From Clostridia bacterium (lineage in GTDB: Bacteria > Bacillota > Clostridia > Oscillospirales > Acutalibacteraceae): a stretch of DNA of 64,000 nt. Below the pieces are notes generated by a model. That model was not told the DNA's origin and made no database searches. It saw nothing but the letters and a program-made list of their open reading frames with translations. Both the position numbers and the translations under genes were made by a program. Below are positions 1 to 7,401 of this stretch, piece after piece. Each line of letters opens with the position of its first letter. Position 1 is the stretch's first letter. The stretch spans positions 10,825 to 74,824 of the forward strand of contig JAFUQS010000062.1 of assembly GCA_017472225.1 (NCBI GenBank). The letters are read 5' to 3'.

Positions 1-1873
1 GGAAGTAGCCCTTGAAAAGACCACAGGGTACTTTTTTGTCTGTTCTGACAACAATTTCACCTGTTTCACCAACAGGACAGGGATTACCGTCAAGGTCAAC
101 AATATCGATATCATATCCGGGAACAGGCTTACCCATTGCACCCGGCTTCGGAGTTGTTCCGATAAGGTTTCCGATTGTAAGGGTGGTCTCAGTCTGTCCG
201 AAGCCTTCCATAATCACAAGACCGGTTGATTTTTGGAACTGATAGAATACCTCGGGATTGAGCGCTTCACCGGCTGTTGTCGCATATCTGATTGATGAAA
301 GATCATACTTTGAAAGATCTTCCTTAATAAGCATTCTGTACATTGTGGGAGGTGCACAGAAGGTTGTGATGTTGTACTTGGCAAACATCGGTAGGATCTC
401 TGAAGCGTCAAATCTGTCAAAGTCATAAGTAAATACTGCACCTTCACTCATCCACTGACCGTAGAATTTACCCCACATTGCCTTACCCCAACCTGTGTCA
501 GAAATTGTAAGATGAAGGTCTGTCGGCTGAACTGAGTGCCAATATTTTGCTGTTACAAAATGACCGAGGGCATATTTATATGAGTGAGTGGCAATCTTGG
601 GATAACCTGTTGTGCCGGAGGTGAAGAACATAAGCATTTCATCATCACCGCAGGCTGTATCCTCTTCACGGTTGAAGATACTTCTGAAGAGCTTATACTC
701 TTCATCAAAGCTGTGCCAGCCTTCTCTTGAGCCGTTGACAATAATTTTAAGGCTGAGTCCGTCATAGCTTTCACTTGCAAGGTCAACCTGATTTGCAGTT
801 TCACCGTCTGAAGTACAAAGGATAGCCTTAACACCGGCAGCCTTGAAACGATACTCAAAATCGTGAACAACAAGCTGATTTGTTGCAGGGATAATAACAG
901 CACCAAGCTTGTGGAGAGCAAGAGCAGTAATCCAGAACTGATAGTGACGCTTGAGAACGAGCATAACTCTGTCGCCCTTGGTGATACCGAGGCTCTTGAA
1001 GTAGTTTGCAGCTCTTGCAGACTCTTTCTTCATATCCTTGAATGTGAAACGTCTTTCTGTCTTGTCGTTTGAAATATGAAGCATTGCAAGCTTATCGGGG
1101 TACTTATCCGCAACAGCATCAACAACATCGAAAGCAAAGTTGAATTTATCTTCATCCTTGAAGCTGATATCCTTGAGAATGCCGTTTTCATCCTCAGTGG
1201 TTTCAACAAACTTTTCAACAACAAGATGGTGCTGTGTTTTTGCAGCAACCTGAGCTTCGTTGACGATCTCCTGAACAGGAGCCTCATCGCCTGCAATAAC
1301 AACAGCGACGAATGTGCAGTCCTGACCGTCAACAGCAATCATGCCGTGAGGCGCAGAGCTCTTATAGTAGATACTGTCCCCTTCTTCAAGGATTTCTGTA
1401 TGCTGACCAATCTGAACCTTAAGCTTACCGGAAAGCACATAGTCAAATTCCTGACCGCTGTGAGTTGTTGTGCTGATAGGCTTGTTCTGAAGCTCTTCCT
1501 TATATTCGTATTTTGCAAGATAAGGTTCAGCAAGCTTATTTCTGAAAAGAAGAGCAAGGTGATTGATTTCAATGCCTTCATCATCTTCCTTTGAAGTGAT
1601 CTTACCCTGTCCCTTTCTTGTTACTGTATATGATGAAAGGTTACTGCTTCTGCCTTCAAGAAGGTCGGTTTTACCAATACCAAACACCTTTGCGCACTTA
1701 TGGATAAAAGAGAAGGGAAAATCATCTGCACCGGCTTCATATGAAACATATTCTTCAAGGCTGATTTCAACCTTTTCAGCCATCTCCTCCTGAGTATAGC
1801 CGGCAATTTCTCGCATTTCCTTAATTCGGAAAGCCACCTCTTTAAGTTCGTTGTTCATTTTGTTGAGTTCCAT
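1..1873 (-). CDS. Fusion protein: XRE-type HTH + cupin domain + AMP-forming acyl-CoA synthetase (medium-chain/ACS-like). The C-terminus lies beyond the left window edge.
   Basis: Absent from the ORF track because there is no stop codon in the window. Manual minus-strand translation from ATG 1873 (SD CAGGAGG at 1884-1890) showed no stop in every stretch checked codon by codon (about 1021-1873) and reads on to nt 1. It gives MELNKMNNELKEVAFRIKEMREIAGYTQEEMAEKVEISLEEYVSYEAG (HTH), HSGQEFDYVLSGKLKVQIGQHTEILEEGDSIYYKSSAPHGM (cupin), then FAFDVVDAVADKYPDKLAMLHISNDKTERRFTFKDM, MFFTSGTTGYPK and MEGFGQTETT (adenylation motifs). The ORF-track entries in 12-1806 are off-frame shadows. Confidence 0.85.
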   Translation of the reverse strand, partial: MELNKMNNELKEVAFRIKEMREIAGYTQEEMAEKVEISLEEYVSYEAGADDFPFSFIHKCAKVFGIGKTDLLEGRSSNLSSYTVTRKGQGKITSKEDDEGIEINHLALLFRNKLAEPYLAKYEYKEELQNKPISTTTHSGQEFDYVLSGKLKVQIGQHTEILEEGDSIYYKSSAPHGMIAVDGQDCTFVAVVIAGDEAPVQEIVNEAQVAAKTQHHLVVEKFVETTEDENGILKDISFKDEDKFNFAFDVVDAVADKYPDKLAMLHISNDKTERRFTFKDMKKESARAANYFKSLGITKGDRVMLVLKRHYQFWITALALHKLGAVIIPATNQLVVHDFEYRFKAAGVKAILCTSDGETANQVDLASESYDGLSLKIIVNGSREGWHSFDEEYKLFRSIFNREEDTACGDDEMLMFFTSGTTGYPKIATHSYKYALGHFVTAKYWHSVQPTDLHLTISDTGWGKAMWGKFYGQWMSEGAVFTYDFDRFDASEILPMFAKYNITTFCAPPTMYRMLIKEDLSKYDLSSIRYATTAGEALNPEVFYQFQKSTGLVIMEGFGQTETTLTIGNLIGTTPKPGAMGKPVPGYDIDIVDLDGNPCPVGETGEIVVRTDKKVPCGLFKGYF

Positions 1874-1910
1874 TTTACTTACGCCTCCTGACAAAAGAAA
1901 ATTTTTAAAC

Positions 1911-1945
1911 AAAAAACTCGTCTCAAAGAATAACTTTGAGACGAG
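1911..1945 (-). terminator. Intrinsic terminator of T-box leader 1
   Basis: Minus-sense CUCGUCUCAAAG-UUAUU-CUUUGAGACGAG (12 bp perfect stem, 1917-1945) followed by U6. Its 5' arm overlaps the T-box antiterminator region. Confidence 0.85.
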
Positions 1946-2190
1946 CAATAAACTAATGTTATACCCGCGGTACCACTCAAATTGCGATTCAAAATCGCCA
2001 CCTCAAGCTCCAACAAGCCCTATGCATTAACGCAGCAATCACGAAAGGTATCTACTTATCAAAGATGTTCGGACCTTCAGCTCAGAAGTGATAGGAAAAT
2101 GAAGGGTTGTTTATCGGCTTTCCAGCACCGCCGACTCTCTGTAAAACGCTGACTTCTTCCGTCTTCGTCATAGCTTTTAATATTTAATTT
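1911..2190 (-). promoter_or_regulatory. T-box riboswitch leader, specifier AUC (Ile)
   Basis: Minus-sense elements in order: K-turn/base AGCUAUGACGAAG...CUUCUGAGCU; AG bulge plus distal loop AGAGAGUCGGCGGUGCUGGAAAGCCGA; specifier loop U-AUC-A directly before the lower helix CUUC (codon at 2090-2092); Stem III GCGAUUUUGAAUCGC; T-box core AAUUUGAGUGGUACCGCGGG (1964-1984) with a UGGU bulge (pairs with discriminator A73); then the terminator. Confidence 0.8.
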
Positions 2191-2196
2191 GATGAC

Positions 2197-2225
2197 ATTT
2201 TAGCACTTTAAGAAATTAAAGTCAA
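2197..2225 (-). promoter_or_regulatory. Sigma-A type promoter for T-box leader 1
   Basis: Minus-sense TTGACT (2220-2225), 17 nt spacer, TAAAAT (2197-2202), preceded by TGc (extended -10). Confidence 0.65.
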
Positions 2226-2244
2226 TAGATTTTTCTCAATTTTT

Positions 2245-3048
2245 TCAGATTTTTTCAATTGAAAACAGCTTCATAGCATTTTTATAAAGGATTTTCTCCT
2301 CCTCTTCCTGTGTAAGCTTCATGGATTTGAAGGCTTTGTATTCTTCTTCATGGCTCCACATAGGAAAATCAGTTCCGAAAACAACCTTATCTGCGCCGTA
2401 AAGTCTGATGAGCTCTCTTACCTCACAGGGCGGAAGCCAATTAAAGGTTGAGCAGCAGTCAACATAAAAGTTTTCATAGTCATGCAGCTTTTCAGCCGCC
2501 TCTTTCCAGCAGGACCAACCGCCGAAATGAGCACCGATAACAGTAAGATTTTTATGCTTTTCCAAAACATTTTTCACTCTGTCCGGATTTGAAAAATCAT
2601 ACCTGATATCTCCCGTATGAAGAAGCACGGGAAAAACACCCTCGCACAAACTGTATATTCTGTCGCACTTAGGGTCATCAATGCAGAATTTTTGAAAATC
2701 AGCATGTAATTTGATGCCCTTGAGACCAAGCTCTTTTATTTTTTCAATGTCTTTTTCAATCTCATAGGAATCAGGGTGCAGCGTGCCAAGACCGGTCAAA
2801 AGTCCGTTTGATTTTTTCACGGTGTCAGCAATGAAGGTGTTTATGGAGTTCACCTGATGAGGAGTTGTTGCAACTGAAAAGACCACATAATGCTTAACTC
2901 CGATTTTATTACCGCTTTCTATAAGTGAAGAATATCTTCCGTCATGGTACATTGCCAAATCATAAAAATCTGCAATCCCCCGCACTGCCCTATCTGCAAT
3001 TTTATCAGGATAAATATGGCAGTGACAGTCAATTATCGGATAATTCAT
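2245..3048 (-). CDS. Amidohydrolase-2 family (ACMSD-like metal-dependent hydrolase/decarboxylase) protein
   Basis: 267 aa. N-terminal IIDCHCHIYP (HxH metal motif), KLHADF, LLHTGD and FGTDFPMW are typical of the PF04909-type TIM-barrel amidohydrolases. Confidence 0.7.
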   Translation of the reverse strand: MNYPIIDCHCHIYPDKIADRAVRGIADFYDLAMYHDGRYSSLIESGNKIGVKHYVVFSVATTPHQVNSINTFIADTVKKSNGLLTGLGTLHPDSYEIEKDIEKIKELGLKGIKLHADFQKFCIDDPKCDRIYSLCEGVFPVLLHTGDIRYDFSNPDRVKNVLEKHKNLTVIGAHFGGWSCWKEAAEKLHDYENFYVDCCSTFNWLPPCEVRELIRLYGADKVVFGTDFPMWSHEEEYKAFKSMKLTQEEEEKILYKNAMKLFSIEKI

Positions 3049-3083
3049 AAATGTTCATCTCTTTAATTTAAATTGAATTTTTT

Positions 3084-3111
3084 CAGGTGCACCGAAAAAT
3101 CGGAGCACCTG
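3084..3111. other. GC-rich intercistronic stem-loop between the ligase fusion and the amidohydrolase
   Basis: CAGGTGC-A-CCGA-AAAA-TCGG-A-GCACCTG. Flanking T4/A4 extend the stem. A U-tract follows it only in the plus sense (AAAATTTTTT), not in the sense of the operon. Confidence 0.5.
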
Positions 3112-3119
3112 AAAATTTT

Positions 3120-5639
3120 TTATGCAGTTTCAACTGAATTTGCTTTCTGAAGGCCGTATTTTTCAATAGCCTCTTCACGCATTTTATATTTAAGAATTTT
3201 ACCGGCAACATTCATCGGGAAGGAATCAACGAAATCAACATATCTGGGAACCTTATGCTTAGCCATATGATCTCTTACATACTGCTTCATTTCATCCCCG
3301 GTCATGCTTTCGCCTTCCTTAAGAATAATGCAAGCAGCAATTTCCTCACCATACTGCTCATCGGGTACACCGATAACCTGAACGTCGCTTACCTTCGGAT
3401 GTGTATAGATGAATTCTTCGATTTCCTTCGGGTAAATATTTTCACCACCACGGATAATCATATCCTTGAGTCTGCCTGTAATACGGTAGTTACCGTCCTC
3501 TGTTTTGCAGGCAAGGTCACCTGTATGAAGCCAACCTTCCTTATCAATTGCGGAAGCTGTTGCCTTGGGCATTTTGTAATAGCCCTTCATAACATTATAT
3601 CCTCGTGCAACGAATTCGCCCGTTACACCAACAGGAAGGTCCTCACCTGTTTCAGGATCAACTATTTTACATTCAATTTCGGGAAGTGCCCTGCCAACAG
3701 TACTTACTCTGACCTCGAGGGAATCATCGGTTGAACTCATGGTACAGCCGGGAGAAGCCTCTGTCTGACCGTAAACAATCGTGATTTCATCCATGTGCAT
3801 CTTGTCAACAACATCCTTCATAACTGAAATCGGACAAGGTGAACCAGCCATAATACCTGTTCTCATGTGTGAGAAGTCAGTTTTCGGGAAATCCGGATGC
3901 TCAAGCATTGCAATGAACATGGTGGGAACACCGTGGAAGGCAGTAATCTTCTCCTGATTGATACAAGCAAGAGACGGCTTCGGTGTGAAATACGGAAGCG
4001 GATAAAGTGTTACACCATGAGTCATTGAAGCGGTCATTGCAAGAACCATACCGAAGCAATGGAACATAGGCACCTGAATCATCATTCTGTCAGCAGTGGA
4101 AAGGTCCATTCTGTCACCAATGCACTTGCCGTTATTAACAACATTGTAGTGAGTGAGCATAACACCCTTGGGGAAGCCTGTTGTTCCCGATGTATACTGC
4201 ATATTACAAACATCGTTCGGGTCAACATTGGCAGCAATTCTGTATACCTCTTCAACGGGAACATTTTCGCTTCTTTCAATCGCTTCTTCCCATGTAAGGC
4301 AGCCTTTTTTCTTGAAACCGACCGTAATAACATTTCTGAGGAACGGAAGACGGCGACAATGGAGAGGCTGTCCCGCTTTTGTTGTTTCAAGCTCAGGACA
4401 AAGCTCTCCGATAATATCGGCATAATGTGAATCACGATAGCCTTCAACAAGAATAAGGGTGTGAGTATCAGATTGTCTGAGGAGATATTCAAGCTCATGA
4501 ATTTTATAAGCTGTGTTAACAGTTACAAGAACAGCACCGATTTTTGTTGCAGCCCAGAAGGCAATATACCATTGCGGAATATTCGTTGCCCATACTGCAA
4601 CATGACTGCCCGGCTTCACACCAAGAGCAAGAAAAGCACGGCAACATTCGTCAACATCATCACGGAACTGGGCGTATGTTCTTGTGTAATCAAGTGTTGT
4701 ATATTTAAAAGCATACTGGTCAGGGAATTCCTCAACCATCTTATCAAGCACCTGAGAGAAGGTCTTTTCAATAAGAGCTTCTTTTTTCCAGACATAATTA
4801 CCTGTGCCTCTGTTGTTGGTGTAAAGATGGCTCTTTTTTCTTGATGGAGCCTGAAACTTTTGCATGAACTGAACAAAATGCGCAAAAATAACATCAATTT
4901 CGGTGAGATCAGGCATCCAATCAGGATTCCATTCAAGAGAAATAAAGCCACTGTAATTTATAGATGAAAGTGCATTGATTACAATGTCAACCGGCACCTC
5001 ACCTTCACCGATAAGGCAATACTCACGCTCACCGTCAATTACTGCTGAGTCCTTAAGATGAACATGCTTGATGTAAGCACCAAGATTTGTGATAGTAGCC
5101 TCAGTATCCTCCTGTTGTTCACAGAATGTATGATAAACATCCCAAAGTGCCGCAATTGAATCACTTGCGAACTCCATAAGAACATCACGCAATGCAGCTG
5201 TGTCAGCAAACATACCGCAGGTTTCAATAAGAATTGTTACATTCTTTTCAGCAGCATAAGAAACAATTTCAGAAAGACAAGCAACTACATTCTCTCTTGC
5301 ATTTTCATCGTTGCCCGAAGCGTAAACTCTTACATAAGGAACACGTATTCCTGCTGCAAAATCAATGTTACGGATAATATACTTTGCATTTTCTTCAACG
5401 CTCTTTGAGGAAATATCTGTACTGATATCAACACAAGGCACAGTAATTCCGGCATCGTTAAGCTTACGCATTGTTGCGGCTGAATTATATTTGTGGAAGG
5501 GACCGTTTTTGTAGGAAAGCTCAGAATCCAGAACATTATGAAGTTCTATACCCTTATAGCCGATTTCTTCTGCAAGAGCTGTGAAATCCTGCCATGAATA
5601 TTCCTTCCAACCGTTAATTGAAAAAGAAAGCTTCATCAT
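3120..5639 (-). CDS. Fusion protein: xylose-isomerase-like TIM barrel (sugar phosphate isomerase/epimerase, AP_endonuc_2-type) + AMP-dependent acyl-CoA synthetase/ligase
   Basis: 839 aa. Residues about 1-265 read GYKGIELH, ILIETCG, WDVYH, HVHLKD, ISLEW (TIM-barrel metal-site pattern). Residues about 280-839 read MQYTSGTTGFPKGVMLTH, YGQTEASP, WLHTGDL, GRLKDMIIRGGENIYPKEIE, GKILK (adenylate-forming superfamily). The SD GAGGAGG lies inside the last codons of the upstream gene, with a 3 nt gap, so the two are translationally coupled. Confidence 0.85.
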   Translation of the reverse strand: MMKLSFSINGWKEYSWQDFTALAEEIGYKGIELHNVLDSELSYKNGPFHKYNSAATMRKLNDAGITVPCVDISTDISSKSVEENAKYIIRNIDFAAGIRVPYVRVYASGNDENARENVVACLSEIVSYAAEKNVTILIETCGMFADTAALRDVLMEFASDSIAALWDVYHTFCEQQEDTEATITNLGAYIKHVHLKDSAVIDGEREYCLIGEGEVPVDIVINALSSINYSGFISLEWNPDWMPDLTEIDVIFAHFVQFMQKFQAPSRKKSHLYTNNRGTGNYVWKKEALIEKTFSQVLDKMVEEFPDQYAFKYTTLDYTRTYAQFRDDVDECCRAFLALGVKPGSHVAVWATNIPQWYIAFWAATKIGAVLVTVNTAYKIHELEYLLRQSDTHTLILVEGYRDSHYADIIGELCPELETTKAGQPLHCRRLPFLRNVITVGFKKKGCLTWEEAIERSENVPVEEVYRIAANVDPNDVCNMQYTSGTTGFPKGVMLTHYNVVNNGKCIGDRMDLSTADRMMIQVPMFHCFGMVLAMTASMTHGVTLYPLPYFTPKPSLACINQEKITAFHGVPTMFIAMLEHPDFPKTDFSHMRTGIMAGSPCPISVMKDVVDKMHMDEITIVYGQTEASPGCTMSSTDDSLEVRVSTVGRALPEIECKIVDPETGEDLPVGVTGEFVARGYNVMKGYYKMPKATASAIDKEGWLHTGDLACKTEDGNYRITGRLKDMIIRGGENIYPKEIEEFIYTHPKVSDVQVIGVPDEQYGEEIAACIILKEGESMTGDEMKQYVRDHMAKHKVPRYVDFVDSFPMNVAGKILKYKMREEAIEKYGLQKANSVETA

Positions 5640-5642
5640 AAT

Positions 5643-7055
5643 TTACGCCTCCTCATATACGATTTTATTGATTGCATTAAGATATGCACGGATACTTGCA
5701 CCAATAATGTCGGTTGAAATACCCTTGCCGGAATAAAGCTTACCGTTATTACGAAGCTTTACAAGTGCAGAGCCCATAGCCTCCTGACCTTCTGTTACGG
5801 ACTGAATCTGGAAGTCGTCAAGCTCATAATGATGACCCACAATCTGTTCAATTGCAAGAAAAGCTGCATCAATGGGTCCGTCACCGCCTGCAAGACCGTT
5901 GATTTTTTCATCGTTTTTGCTCATTGTGATGTTCGCAGTTGCAGAAATAACATTACCGCTATTGATTACATAAGAATCAAGGAAATATGTTGCAGGAACC
6001 TGCAAGGCTGCCGAAGCGATTATGGCGTCAAGCTCCTTTGCACCAACAGGCTTTTTACGGCTGATACGCTTAAATTCTTCATAAACCTTTGACATATCAT
6101 CCTGAGAAAGATCGTATCCGAGAGCCTTTACAGCCTTTGTAACTTCGGAAATATCGTCATGTTCATTAAGAGTGAACTCATTACCGATTGCACCCATAGC
6201 AGAATCAAAAGGAGAGGTTTTACTTCTCTTGGAATTTGCAATCCAATCAATCTGCTTTGAAATTCTGCGGAATTCAGTCATTTTAACTGCAGTTTCAAGC
6301 ATAAATTCATCTGAATGAACCTTAATTGCCTGACAAACAGGAGCAAGGGATGCAGCCTCATTGCCTGAAATTGATGTAACCTTAATTTCTCTGACACCTG
6401 ATTTAATTGCAGAAACACAAAGAGCAGTTGACATACTCATTTCATCGCTGCACTGAATACCTACATTAACATTTTCAGCTGCAGGCACATTGGCATAAAC
6501 ATCGTCTATAAAGGTTGAAATTTCGTCAGCTAGCATGGTGCCTGCTGTGTCACAAAGTGTTACTGTTGCAGCACCTGCCTCAATTGCGGCTGAAACTGCA
6601 TTATAAAGGAAATCAACCTCACTTCTTGTTGCGTCATCAGCGATGAATTCAACATCCTCACAAAGTGATTTTGCCTTTTTAACAAGCTCTTTAATCATTT
6701 CAAGAACCATAGGAGGCTTCTTTTTGCAGATAAATTCCATCTGAACGGTTGAAGTAGGAACAGCAACCTGTATTCTGGGGTGTTTTGCATCCTTGAGAGC
6801 ATCTGCTATTCTTTCAACATCAGCCTCTTCAAGATTGACAGGCACAGCAAGAACACTGTTATTTACACAAGAAGCTATTGACTTGATGAGAAGTACATCT
6901 GTTTTTTCTTTCACAATCTGGGGAAGCTCGATAACGGAAACATTCACTTTATCAAGCAGCTTTGCAATTTCAATTTTCTCCCTGAAACTGAGAGCATAAT
7001 CACTTGACTTTGCAGCTTGCTTTAATGTAATGTCAGCAATTGATATTTTTTCCAT
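5643..7055 (-). CDS. 2-isopropylmalate synthase (LeuA)-like protein lacking the canonical catalytic motifs; the LeuA allosteric/dimerisation domain is retained
   Basis: The ORF-track entry 5643..7211 is over-extended through the T-box. The real start is ATG 7055 (MEKISIADITLK) with SD AAGGAG at 7065-7070. The HMGL-like TIM-barrel scaffold is recognisable, but DTTLRDGEQ reads ADITLKQAAK and the HxH site reads QCS. The C-terminus DDFQIQSVTEGQEAMGSALVKLRNNGKLYSGKGISTDIIGASIRAYLNAINK matches the LeuA_dimer domain. Confidence 0.7.
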   Translation of the reverse strand: MEKISIADITLKQAAKSSDYALSFREKIEIAKLLDKVNVSVIELPQIVKEKTDVLLIKSIASCVNNSVLAVPVNLEEADVERIADALKDAKHPRIQVAVPTSTVQMEFICKKKPPMVLEMIKELVKKAKSLCEDVEFIADDATRSEVDFLYNAVSAAIEAGAATVTLCDTAGTMLADEISTFIDDVYANVPAAENVNVGIQCSDEMSMSTALCVSAIKSGVREIKVTSISGNEAASLAPVCQAIKVHSDEFMLETAVKMTEFRRISKQIDWIANSKRSKTSPFDSAMGAIGNEFTLNEHDDISEVTKAVKALGYDLSQDDMSKVYEEFKRISRKKPVGAKELDAIIASAALQVPATYFLDSYVINSGNVISATANITMSKNDEKINGLAGGDGPIDAAFLAIEQIVGHHYELDDFQIQSVTEGQEAMGSALVKLRNNGKLYSGKGISTDIIGASIRAYLNAINKIVYEEA

Positions 7056-7118
7056 TTCTAAAAACTCCTTTTTGCTTTTATAATCACTTCTATCACTTTT
7101 GCGAAGAGTAATGATAAC

Positions 7119-7156
7119 AAAAAAATCCTTGAAATTACAGAACGTAACTTCAAGGA
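7119..7156 (-). terminator. Intrinsic terminator of T-box leader 2
   Basis: Minus-sense UCCUUGAAGUUAC-GUUCU-GUAAUUUCAAGGA (13 bp, one GU pair) followed by U7. Confidence 0.85.
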
Positions 7157-7395
7157 CGAATAAAATCCGTGGTACCACCTTGTTTACCGCAATATTACGG
7201 TCACTCTTCAAGACTCTGACAAGTCTTTAGCCATGATAACGGGGCATCCGTGACTGCCTACACAACAAATTGCCTTCAACAGTCCTGCTCGGAAATGAGA
7301 CTGAATAATCATCTCGTATCGGTTCGCACCAACCACCGACTCTCTTAAACCAAAGAATAAAAATTCATAATTTCGTCAACGCATTTGTGATATTG
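7119..7395 (-). promoter_or_regulatory. T-box riboswitch leader, specifier CUC (Leu)
   Basis: Minus-sense elements: base UGCGUUGACGAAA...UUUCCGAGCA (K-turn-like GA motif); AG bulge/distal loop AGAGAGUCGGUGGUUGGUGCGAACCGA; specifier loop GU-CUC-A directly before the lower helix UUUC (codon 7297-7299); Stem II GACUG...CAGUC; Stem III AAGACUUGUCAGAGUCUU; T-box core AAACAAGGUGGUACCACGG (7165-7186) with a UGGU bulge; then the terminator. Confidence 0.8.
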
Positions 7396-7401
7396 AAATG
7401 C

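Noticed and set aside
12-1806. Ten ORF-track ORFs (61-172 aa, both strands) covering the first 1.8 kb
   Set aside because: All are out of frame with, or antisense to, the long minus-strand reading frame that starts at 1873 and carries clear HTH, cupin and adenylation motifs. They have no SD or recognisable motifs and are shadow ORFs.
7056-7211. N-terminal 52 aa extension of the LeuA-like ORF
   Set aside because: The extension runs through the T-box terminator and antiterminator. A good SD plus ATG exists at 7055.
7269-7279. GAA-GGC-A string resembling a glycine specifier loop in T-box leader 2
   Set aside because: It lies inside the stem II hairpin (GACUG...CAGUC), not in stem I. The UGGU antiterminator bulge also fits A73 tRNAs (Leu) rather than tRNA-Gly.
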